Below are positions 1-8,002 of a stretch of DNA of 11,020 nt, in pieces. Numbering within the stretch: the stretch's first letter is position 1; every line of letters begins with the position of its first letter. The notes under the pieces are model-generated. The model had not been told where the DNA came from and ran no database searches. It was given only the letters and a program-made list of their open reading frames with translations. Source of the DNA: Promethearchaeati archaeon (lineage in GTDB: Archaea; Asgardarchaeota; Heimdallarchaeia; JABLTI01); assembly GCA_013166835.1 (NCBI GenBank), contig JABLTI010000090.1:1-11020 (forward strand), in the 5' to 3' direction. The translations under genes and the position numbers were made by a program.

Positions 1-868
1 CCTCAATACTTACTGCCAACCAATTTGCTTCAGGTCTACAAGCAAAATACCAATCAGGTTGATTAGAAGCAAAATAATCTGGCAGTTCCGGATGTTTGAG
101 GACGTTTTTCAAAGAAGCATTTTGTTTTATTTGTTCTTTTAAAAAGGCTATTAATTTGTCATAATATGATTGAATATTGGTGATGTACTCTTTTGTAACT
201 GGTTTTCCGTGACCCGGTATCACATGTTCAATATCCATTTCTTCCCAAGAATGAAGTAGATCTATTGTCTTCCAATTCGAGGTGAGTAATTGTGGATAGC
301 ATTCAAGTAGATTATCCCCAGCACACATGGTTTTTTCTTGAGGATAGTAAACAAAAGCTGAACCTGCAGTATGATTACCTATTACTTTGAATAAAATTTC
401 ATGTTCTCCAGAATTTATTCGAAATTCATCTTTAGCACCTATATTTGGCAAAAATAAATCTGCATTCCTAATGTCATTTGCTAGAACAGGGTCTTCTGCA
501 GCATATTGTTCCACATACTCAAGTAGTTCTTTGGGACTCAAATATCCTTTGAGAGCTTTCTTAAGTGAAGCTAAGCCTTTCTTTGATACGACTATATCAA
601 CATCTTTGAAAACCTTCATTGCTAGAATATGGTCCCAGTGTGTATGTGTTAGAATTAGGTGGCTTGTTTTTCTTTGAAATTTCTTTTCCATATCTTTTCT
701 AAATTTCTCAGCGACTTCCAAATAAACTCCACAATCAACAAAAACCAGCTTGTCAGGTAATGCTAAACAAGACATTACTATTGTTTGAGCAGCATTATTT
801 ATTTTTGATTTTTTACGATTTGTAGCATTAGCAGCTACAATATTTTTAGTTACTTCAAAATACGACAT
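1..868 (-). CDS. MBL-fold metallo-hydrolase (glyoxalase II/cyclase-like), 3'-partial, at least 289 aa; absent from the ORF track
   Basis: Manual translation from ATG at 868 (MSYFEVTKNIVAANA...) stays open to the window edge. Motifs: VFVDCG, LTHTHWDH (HxHxDH), GNHTAGS, CAGD, VIPGHG. Confidence 0.92.
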   Translation of the reverse strand, partial: MSYFEVTKNIVAANATNRKKSKINNAAQTIVMSCLALPDKLVFVDCGVYLEVAEKFRKDMEKKFQRKTSHLILTHTHWDHILAMKVFKDVDIVVSKKGLASLKKALKGYLSPKELLEYVEQYAAEDPVLANDIRNADLFLPNIGAKDEFRINSGEHEILFKVIGNHTAGSAFVYYPQEKTMCAGDNLLECYPQLLTSNWKTIDLLHSWEEMDIEHVIPGHGKPVTKEYITNIQSYYDKLIAFLKEQIKQNASLKNVLKHPELPDYFASNQPDWYFACRPEANWLAVSIE

Positions 869-905
869 ATTTGGATTACTGATTTTGAATTAATAAGATA
901 TTACT

Positions 906-1478
906 TTACTTAGGGTTTTTTAGTTCCTTATAACGATAACAATCAATTGTATGATCATTAACCATACCAACAGCTTGCATAAAAGCATAAACGATGGTTG
1001 GTCCCACAAATCTGAAACCTCTTTTTTTCAAATCCTTACTGATTTTCTCAGAAAGTTCAGTTTTCGCTGGGAGTTCCCTCAAGATTTTCCATTTATTTTG
1101 AATTGGTTTGTTATCAACAAAACTCCAAATGAATTTGCTGAAAGTACCGAATTCCTTTCGCACTTCAATAAATGCTTGTGCATTTGTAACTGCAGAACGG
1201 ACCTTCAATTTGTTTCTAATAATACCAGAGTTTTGTAATAATTCAGTAATTTTTTCTTCATTGTATTTTGCTATTTTCTCATAGTCAAAATTATCAAATG
1301 CTTCTCGATAATTCTCTCTTCTTTGGAGAATTGTTATCCAACTTAAACCTGCTTGAGCCCCTTCCAAGATTAGGAATTCAAAGAGTATTTTGTCATCATA
1401 GACTGGAACACCCCATTCCTTATCATGATAATCGATTGAGATTTGATAGTTTAATCCCCATTCACATCTTTTAACCAT
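906..1478 (-). CDS. tag: DNA-3-methyladenine glycosylase I
   Basis: RCEW, YHDKEWG, LFEFLILEGAQAGLSW, IIRNKLK, FRFVGPTIVYAFMQAVGMVNDHTIDC; Cys/His/His/Cys Zn ligands present; GAGGTGA upstream. Confidence 0.97.
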   Translation of the reverse strand: MVKRCEWGLNYQISIDYHDKEWGVPVYDDKILFEFLILEGAQAGLSWITILQRRENYREAFDNFDYEKIAKYNEEKITELLQNSGIIRNKLKVRSAVTNAQAFIEVRKEFGTFSKFIWSFVDNKPIQNKWKILRELPAKTELSEKISKDLKKRGFRFVGPTIVYAFMQAVGMVNDHTIDCYRYKELKNPK

Positions 1479-1484
1479 AGGAAT

Positions 1485-1491
1485 TCACCTC
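1485..1491 (-). promoter_or_regulatory. Shine-Dalgarno sequence of tag
   Basis: GAGGTGA 6 nt upstream of ATG 1478. Confidence 0.75.
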
Positions 1492-1525
1492 TTAGTAATA
1501 AAAACTCGAATAGAAACTGAGTAGC

Positions 1526-3007
1526 TTAAATATCACTTTTGGTTTCTTCTTGATAAACATATTCGATAAATGGCAAGTATTTATTCATATCTCTTTCTTG
1601 ATCAATATTCATCTTCTTCAAGTCATGCAATACACGATACTTTTCTTTGGAGACCACATCTCCCATGCCATGTTCTTTCGCTAAATCATTAATTTTCTCC
1701 AATTTTCTTTTTGTAATAACCCAGACTAGAAATTGACTAAGATACTTTAAAGTTAATTGTCCTCCAGGACCATTTAATATTGTATCAAAACCATGATTTG
1801 CCCAAGGTAGATCAAGAAGAACGCTATCTAGTTTAAGCTTCTGTAATTTTTTGAAAAGCATCATTGATTGATCAGGTGCCACAAGTTTATCTTTACCACC
1901 TGTAACTAGAAAAACTGGAGGTATTGAATCTCTATATTTCTTAGTAACATATGTTATAGGAGAAAACAACTCATAGAGATATTGTAATTCCTCTGGAGTA
2001 TCCTCTGTTCCGTGATAAACTAATGCTTGTAAAAGATTTTGTATACCATAGAAATTATAGAGTTTGCTGAAGTCAGTTACTGGATAAAAAGCAATAACTC
2101 CCGCTATTTTATACTGCTGTATGGACCCATCAGTTTCATCTATTTCATGAAATTGACCTAGGCAACTAAAGGTCGTGAGTAAAGCAAGGTGTCCACCTGC
2201 AGATCTACCAAATAGGAATAGTTCATTAGGGTCGCCATTATATAGATGAGCGTTTTTTTTAGTGTAAATAATAGATGATCGAACATCAGCGACCATATCA
2301 CAGATAAGCAAGTCTTCTTTTATGGATGCTTTATTTTTAGTGAGATATTTCAATGGAGCAAGACGATAATCCACACTAAAAATCACATAGCCATAATTGG
2401 CCAACATTTTACAGATTTTCTCACATTTCGGACGATCTTTTGATCCAATTAGAAACCCACCACCATGGATAAAAACAATTGTTGGAAATATTCCTTCCCT
2501 ATTTGGATAGTAAATATTAAGTTTTAATTCTTGTTTATCTACTGTCTTGTATATTTTCCCTTTTACTGAGGACACTCTTTTTGAGAGTGCTCTTGTTCTT
2601 ACTCCTGTAAAATAGTGAGTAAGTCTAAATCTAACATCTTTTGAGAATCTCGAACTAATAAAGGGATCAACATAATGGAGATAATCCTCTCCTAATCCTT
2701 GCATTATAGATCTTTGTAGTTGCCAATTTGATTTTCTTAAACGAATGAATGGTATGAAAAGCCTCAAAAAAGTGACAGCATTCAAGATACTGCTTGTAAT
2801 TAAGAATATATTGTTCATTGTTTGCTGGGGTAACATCCAGTTATTTGTCAACATAATAATTGATGCTGGTATCATTAGAAGTGGCAAACATGAAATCCAC
2901 AAACCAATTTCAGTTAACCATAGTCCTATAATTGTAGCAGATATCAAGACAAATAGGACGAAAAGCAACAATGCTATAACTAGAAATGTTATTGCTATGA
3001 TATCCAT
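1526..3007 (-). CDS. Membrane-anchored alpha/beta hydrolase (HSL/BD-FAE-like esterase/lipase), paralog 1
   Basis: About three N-terminal hydrophobic segments; FIHGGGF oxyanion motif, VDYRLAP, GRSAGG nucleophile, GKDKLV Asp, WANHGFD His. Confidence 0.9.
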   Translation of the reverse strand: MDIIAITFLVIALLLFVLFVLISATIIGLWLTEIGLWISCLPLLMIPASIIMLTNNWMLPQQTMNNIFLITSSILNAVTFLRLFIPFIRLRKSNWQLQRSIMQGLGEDYLHYVDPFISSRFSKDVRFRLTHYFTGVRTRALSKRVSSVKGKIYKTVDKQELKLNIYYPNREGIFPTIVFIHGGGFLIGSKDRPKCEKICKMLANYGYVIFSVDYRLAPLKYLTKNKASIKEDLLICDMVADVRSSIIYTKKNAHLYNGDPNELFLFGRSAGGHLALLTTFSCLGQFHEIDETDGSIQQYKIAGVIAFYPVTDFSKLYNFYGIQNLLQALVYHGTEDTPEELQYLYELFSPITYVTKKYRDSIPPVFLVTGGKDKLVAPDQSMMLFKKLQKLKLDSVLLDLPWANHGFDTILNGPGGQLTLKYLSQFLVWVITKRKLEKINDLAKEHGMGDVVSKEKYRVLHDLKKMNIDQERDMNKYLPFIEYVYQEETKSDI

Positions 3008-3090
3008 TTTTTGAATCCCATTAAGACTTCTTATTATTATCTAGTGTGAAACAAAATAATAGGGTTAACACTAGTCTTGAAATTCTAAGT

Positions 3091-4569
3091 TTAATCTTTT
3101 ATTTCTTTTTGATGATCTCTTGTCGAAACCTGTTTCTGCATTGAACTAGTTATATCATCTTTAGTTTTTCCTTTTCTGAGGTTTCGAATTATGTTTAATT
3201 TTTCCATTGCTAAAACCTCTCCTAATCCATGTTTTATCGCAATTACCTCTATTTCTTTGAGACGACTTCTGGTTATGGTCCAAGCCAAGAATTGTGACAA
3301 GTATTGAAACACTAATTGCCCACCAGGTCCATTTATTACAGCATCAAACGCATGATTTGCCCAAGGAAATTCTAGAAGAACACTCGTTAACCCGAGTTTC
3401 TGTAATTCCTCATTTAATTCCTCTGATTGATACACATCAAATATTCTATCTTTTGAACCTGCTGCAAGAAATACTGGAGGTATCCTCTCTAAATTCTCTT
3501 CAGTAACATAGCTGATTGGTGAAAAGATTTCATACAAATTTCTGGATTCCTCAATTGTTGTTCCAGTACTCCGATAGAGTGATTGCTTGAATACAGGTGA
3601 ACCTTCGTCCTCATAAAACTCGTTTAATTCTACTAAATCAGTTGCAGGGTAAAAGGCAATAACTCCTGAAATATCGAAATCGTGTATTGAGCATTCTATG
3701 CCTTCCATGTCAAAGAATTTGTCCTCACAACTAAAAGCTGTGAGTAAAGCTAAATGAGCTCCAGCTGATCGACCAAATAAAAATAATGAGTTGGTGTCTC
3801 CTTTGTATTTTAATGCATTCTTAGTTACATACAAGATTGATGCTCGAACATCTGAAACCATTTCACGTATGGTTGGATTATCATGAGGAATTTCTTGAAA
3901 AGTGGCTAAATTAGGAATTGGAGCTAATCGATAATCGATATTGAAAACTACGAAGCCCATATATGCAAGTCTTTTTAATATTCTTAACTCGAGAAATCGA
4001 TCTTTCGATCCTCTCATCCACCCTCCTCCATGTATATAGATAATTATTGGATATTTTCCTTCTTTCTTCGGGGAATAGACATTTAATTTTAAAGTTTCAT
4101 TTTCTACTTCCTTGTATGTTACATCATCAACAGTTGTAACACATTCTTCAAGTCTCTTATAGTGAATGCCTGAAAAATAATGGGAAAGTCTAAATCGTAC
4201 TTTTTTAACGACACTTGACTTCAAGGCAGGATCAATATAAGTAAGATAATCATCTCCGAAACTCCTTCTCATTGCTTTTCTTAATCTTCGATTTGTTATA
4301 TTCACCCTGTAAAATGGAGCCATTAAACGGAAATAAGAGATTAGATTCAGTAGAGCACCTACAAGTAAAAGAAAGAAATCTATTCTTGGATATTCAACAG
4401 AGGAGAGAATTAGAAATGGGATTGAAGCGATTATAAATGCTAAAGGTATCCAAGAAAACCATAATCCTAATTCTGATAAAAATAACCCCACAAATGTAAA
4501 TGAGATTATTACAAATAATGTGAGAAGAATTGATGCTACTACTAGAAATGAAATTGATAATGCGAGCAT
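3091..4569 (-). CDS. Membrane-anchored alpha/beta hydrolase (HSL/BD-FAE-like esterase/lipase), paralog 2
   Basis: Same architecture as paralog 1: YIHGGGW, IDYRLAP, GRSAGA, SKDRIF, WANHAFD. GAGGA SD-like site at 4580-4584. Confidence 0.9.
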   Translation of the reverse strand: MLALSISFLVVASILLTLFVIISFTFVGLFLSELGLWFSWIPLAFIIASIPFLILSSVEYPRIDFFLLLVGALLNLISYFRLMAPFYRVNITNRRLRKAMRRSFGDDYLTYIDPALKSSVVKKVRFRLSHYFSGIHYKRLEECVTTVDDVTYKEVENETLKLNVYSPKKEGKYPIIIYIHGGGWMRGSKDRFLELRILKRLAYMGFVVFNIDYRLAPIPNLATFQEIPHDNPTIREMVSDVRASILYVTKNALKYKGDTNSLFLFGRSAGAHLALLTAFSCEDKFFDMEGIECSIHDFDISGVIAFYPATDLVELNEFYEDEGSPVFKQSLYRSTGTTIEESRNLYEIFSPISYVTEENLERIPPVFLAAGSKDRIFDVYQSEELNEELQKLGLTSVLLEFPWANHAFDAVINGPGGQLVFQYLSQFLAWTITRSRLKEIEVIAIKHGLGEVLAMEKLNIIRNLRKGKTKDDITSSMQKQVSTRDHQKEIKD

Positions 4570-4616
4570 TTTTCTTAGTTCCTCATTCTTTACAATTGTG
4601 AGAAGATTACACTATT

Positions 4617-4653
4617 CAATATAAAAATTTCTCAAGCATGAAAGAGTTTAAAG
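4617..4653. promoter_or_regulatory. Candidate back-to-back archaeal BRE/TATA promoters for paralog 2 (-) and flavodoxin (+)
   Basis: Minus strand reads GAGAAA-TTTTTATATT (about 4633-4618); plus strand reads GAAAGAG-TTTAAAG (4640-4653). Both lie between divergent genes. Confidence 0.5.
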
Positions 4654-4707
4654 GATGTTTGATGAAACATAACTAAAGGAATCCAAGAACTACGAGAAAG
4701 TGAAGAA

Positions 4708-5202
4708 ATGAAAAGTTTGGTTATTTATTATTCAAAAACTGGTAATACAAAACTCATAGCAGAATCAATTGCTTCAGAAGTTAATGCTGATTTATTTGAA
4801 ATTCAACGAGAAAAGGATATCAAATCATCTGGTGGTTTTATGCTCTATTTTCGAGGTGGGTTTGAATCCATGACAAAGAAGAATATTAGATTGGAAAAAA
4901 CCGACATAGATTTCAGCAAATATGATCTTATCTTTCTTGGTACACCAGTTTGGGCTTGGAGACTCAATCCTGTTGTTCGCTCATTCTTAAAGAAAGTCAA
5001 AATCGAAAATAAAAAAGTTGGACTGTTCGCTTGCTGTGCGGGTAGTGCAGAGGGAGTACTAACAGATATGGGTGATATTCTAAAGAAAAATACTATTCTT
5101 GGTGTGTCAGAGTACGTTGAACCTCTAAAGAAGAACACTGAAGCGCTTGTAAAAGAATCTAAAAAATGGGCAAAAGAGATTCATCAAAAAGCTGGAAAAT
5201 GA
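4708..5202 (+). CDS. Flavodoxin family protein
   Basis: FMN phosphate loop YYSKTGNT, YDLIFLGTPVWA, KKVGLFACCAG; 164 aa. Confidence 0.92.
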   Translation: MKSLVIYYSKTGNTKLIAESIASEVNADLFEIQREKDIKSSGGFMLYFRGGFESMTKKNIRLEKTDIDFSKYDLIFLGTPVWAWRLNPVVRSFLKKVKIENKKVGLFACCAGSAEGVLTDMGDILKKNTILGVSEYVEPLKKNTEALVKESKKWAKEIHQKAGK

Positions 5203-5249
5203 GGAAATTATTTCCTTTCTGAGTAAATCCTCTGTTTTTTCCATTTTTT
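5202..5249 (+). terminator. Putative terminator after the flavodoxin gene
   Basis: AGGAAA-TTA-TTTCCT hairpin (5202-5216) followed by two T6 tracts, between convergent genes. Confidence 0.45.
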
Positions 5250-5268
5250 ATAAGATATCTAATTTACT

Positions 5269-5649
5269 CTAGTATCCACCAATCGTTCTAATTTCCTGTA
5301 ATAATGCATTGATATTTACAGGTTTTTGCATCACATTTAAACCACGACTGATTACAGCTTTTCTATCAAGAATTGGATCTCCGCTTATCATGAGAATATC
5401 TGTAGAGGAATTATAATCAAGAATCTCTTGAGAAACTTCAAGACCATTTTTCTTTGGCATTCTAAAATCAAGGATTATTAGATCGGGTTTTTCTTCGAGT
5501 TTACGATATAACTGTATTGCTTCCGCTCCATCAGCAGCAACGCATATAACTTGATATCCTTTTTGACTAAGAACCTGCTCATACAATTGTCTAATTAGTG
5601 GATCATCTTCAACGATCATTATTTTCAAATTCTTAGTTTTTTCATCCAT
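5269..5649 (-). CDS. Single-domain response regulator (CheY-like receiver)
   Basis: IVEDD, PDLIILDFRMP (phosphoacceptor Asp), NGLE, ISG, QKP; no output domain. Confidence 0.95.
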   Translation of the reverse strand: MDEKTKNLKIMIVEDDPLIRQLYEQVLSQKGYQVICVAADGAEAIQLYRKLEEKPDLIILDFRMPKKNGLEVSQEILDYNSSTDILMISGDPILDRKAVISRGLNVMQKPVNINALLQEIRTIGGY

Positions 5650-5923
5650 TTTCTGATCAACTTCACTATCATTTCTTTGAAATTGGTTGAACCCAACACC
5701 TCGACATAGGTTGTAGATTAATTCAACCTATATCACCTATAGATAACTTATCATATTTAACCTTCGCAAATTCTATAGATGCTACGAGAGTTGCAAAAAG
5801 TTAATTTTAACAATTCTAAACGCAATTTTCTAGTCTTTTAACCTTACGCTTGTTGCACTATTTTTTTTGACTCAGAAATCTCCAAAACCTGCGGAAGGAT
5901 TTACTAGAAAAAAATTTGAAATT

Positions 5924-6733
5924 TCAGAACTGGATGAGGAAATCTATTACCGCTTGGTAAAACGCATCAGGATTCTCGATCATCATAGCATGGGCAGCTT
6001 CTGGTATGAAACACATAGGAAATTCGGTTGCTAGTTTGCTTTCTGAAGTATATTTTCCTTTATTGGTTTCTCCATATATTGCTAATACGGGGACAGATAA
6101 CTGCACTAATTTTTTCAAAATATTCCCCACTGTAGAAAGATTGTATAAATCTTGAGAGGATTTGTAGGTGGTTAGAGGACCAGCTTTTTTGAAAGACTTC
6201 ACATACTCCTCACTACTTGGATACTGCTTCAATTTTTGTACTATATCTTGAAAAGCTTTTGTTTTCCATTCTTCAAGTGAATGCTCAGTAGCGATAGTTT
6301 TAGAAAAGAAACAATCACCTTCATCCAAGTTTCCCTCAGCATACACAATACCAGCTACATTGTTCCCAAGCATCTGCGCTAAGGAAATTGCTATTGGTCC
6401 ACCCATTGAATGAGCGATAATTACGACTTCGGATTTCATAGAAAGGATTTGTAGCAAGTTGTATAGGACTTTTGCTTGGTCATCCATAGTATATGAGAAT
6501 TTTTTTGGTGTTGAGGAATCTCCATGACCTACGAGATCAGCAAAAATAATGTCATAAGAAGTTAACTCCTCGTAATTAAGAATTGAAAGAAAATCTTCTT
6601 TTGATGAACCTAGACCATGAATCAAAACAATTGTAATATCTTTACTCCCTAATGAATAATAGTAGGAAACAGAGAGGTCTTTACTAATCGTTTTCTCATA
6701 GATAGGTAAATTACCATGTTCAATATTAGACAT
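5924..6733 (-). CDS. Soluble alpha/beta fold hydrolase
   Basis: LIHGLGSS, DLVGHGDS, AHSMGG nucleophile elbow, EAAHAMM His, ENPDAF. Confidence 0.92.
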   Translation of the reverse strand: MSNIEHGNLPIYEKTISKDLSVSYYYSLGSKDITIVLIHGLGSSKEDFLSILNYEELTSYDIIFADLVGHGDSSTPKKFSYTMDDQAKVLYNLLQILSMKSEVVIIAHSMGGPIAISLAQMLGNNVAGIVYAEGNLDEGDCFFSKTIATEHSLEEWKTKAFQDIVQKLKQYPSSEEYVKSFKKAGPLTTYKSSQDLYNLSTVGNILKKLVQLSVPVLAIYGETNKGKYTSESKLATEFPMCFIPEAAHAMMIENPDAFYQAVIDFLIQF

Positions 6734-6882
6734 TTCAAATCAGCTTCTCACAAATTAAGATGGATTTAATCAATGAAAGATTATTGTTGTTCTGTTTTTC
6801 TGTCTATAGTGTTTATTGATAGTCTAATAAATCTCACAATCTTGATTGATAATCTTTTCTCTTCAGACAGAATTGGATTTTC

Positions 6883-6945
6883 AAAATAAAAAAACACAAA
6901 AAATAAAGAAAAATGAAAAAAAGAGAAATATGACCATATTTCTCT
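6883..6945 (-). terminator. Hairpin plus long T-rich tract terminator downstream of the DegV gene
   Basis: Perfect 11-bp inverted repeat AGAGAAATATG-AC-CATATTTCTCT (6922-6945), followed on the minus strand by about 40 nt of T-rich sequence. Confidence 0.7.
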
Positions 6946-6972
6946 AATTAATTGTGACCGATTTTTTTGAGA

Positions 6973-7863
6973 TTAACTTATCAACCATTTTTTGTCCCAA
7001 TCACCTACATAGGAAATAGATAGACCATGTGGTCCTCCATAAACTGCAGGTAAAGGACTTGCTTCTTGATAATGAATTGTAATCCCGTTATTATTTGCAT
7101 CTCTTAATACCTTATAGATTTCATCTGCAATGGTTTTATTTTTGGTATGCCATAAGAAAACATCACTTGTTTTAGCATGTTGTATAACTTTCTTAGCATA
7201 ATTTTTCAGTTGAATCAGTAATTTCCTTTTAGTAAGAACACCTAATCCTTCCATTACTCCATTATCAACATACAAAACGGGATTCATATTTAGTGCAGAA
7301 GCCATTAATTTCTTGGCTTTACCAATACGACCTCCTAAGTATAGATAATGGAGATTTTGGAAAACAAAAATCGTTCTCACTTGTGAGTTTAGTTCATTTA
7401 GTCTAGCAATTATTTCTTCTTTGCTTTTCCCTTGTGCAGCTAATTTCGCAGCCAATAAAACTTGCACTCCTATTCCTGACATAATTTGATTGGAATCATA
7501 AACTATTATGTCCTTCTCTGGATATTGATTCATAAGTATCCGTTTTGCACTTTCGATGGTTCCGGATTGTTTGCTTGAAAGGAGGATAGCTAAAATTGAG
7601 TCTGATTTATCTAAAGCTTCATCGAAGGCTTTCATAAAATGACCTGGAGATGGAACTGATGTATGGGGCAAATCATCTTTACCGCATTTTGCAAGTCGTG
7701 CATAGAATTCATCTCGAGTAATCGTTGTATTCTCATTTCCAAATGTGTAGTAGATGTCTTCTCCAAAAATAATCCTATAAGGTACGATAGTCAAATTATA
7801 TTTCTTAATGATCTCATTTTTGAGATCACTTCCACCATCTGTGAGTATAGTTACCTTACTCAT
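6973..7863 (-). CDS. DegV family (FakB-like) fatty acid-binding protein
   Basis: ILTDGGSDL, PHTSVPSPG, LSSKQSGT, VYDS, LGGRIG, LNMNPVL. ATG 7863 preferred over the GTG at 7872 used by the ORF track. Confidence 0.93.
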   Translation of the reverse strand: MSKVTILTDGGSDLKNEIIKKYNLTIVPYRIIFGEDIYYTFGNENTTITRDEFYARLAKCGKDDLPHTSVPSPGHFMKAFDEALDKSDSILAILLSSKQSGTIESAKRILMNQYPEKDIIVYDSNQIMSGIGVQVLLAAKLAAQGKSKEEIIARLNELNSQVRTIFVFQNLHYLYLGGRIGKAKKLMASALNMNPVLYVDNGVMEGLGVLTKRKLLIQLKNYAKKVIQHAKTSDVFLWHTKNKTIADEIYKVLRDANNNGITIHYQEASPLPAVYGGPHGLSISYVGDWDKKWLIS

Positions 7864-8002
7864 TCTTATCACTGTAATAGTTGTTATAGATATTCGAATC
7901 GCTAATCGATTCTATAGGTAGTAATTATGCTTAATTGGAAAGACCAACTATAAAAAGATAATTTGATGAATTAGCAATTGAGTAAGAAAAAATGAGAACA
8001 AG

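Noticed and set aside
387-677. 96-aa plus-strand ORF
   Set aside because: Antisense shadow of the MBL-fold gene at 1-868.
951-1474. Plus-strand ORFs 951-1238 and 1268-1474
   Set aside because: Antisense to tag, no recognisable motifs.
2745-3506. Plus-strand ORFs 2745-3014 and 3294-3506
   Set aside because: Antisense to the esterase genes.
4509-4608. Imperfect direct repeat TTACAA...TGTGAGAAGA at about 4509 and 4590 as an insertion scar
   Set aside because: Short and AT-rich, one copy is inside an intact CDS, and there are no mobile-element features.
4845-5138. 97-aa minus-strand ORF
   Set aside because: Antisense shadow of the flavodoxin gene.
5200-5926. Selenocysteine read-through at the TGA stops of flavodoxin (5200-5202) and the soluble hydrolase (5924-5926)
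   Set aside because: Both proteins are full length for their folds and no SECIS could be supported.
7663-7905. 80-aa Cys-containing plus-strand ORF
   Set aside because: Mostly antisense to degV; no coherent metal-binding pattern.
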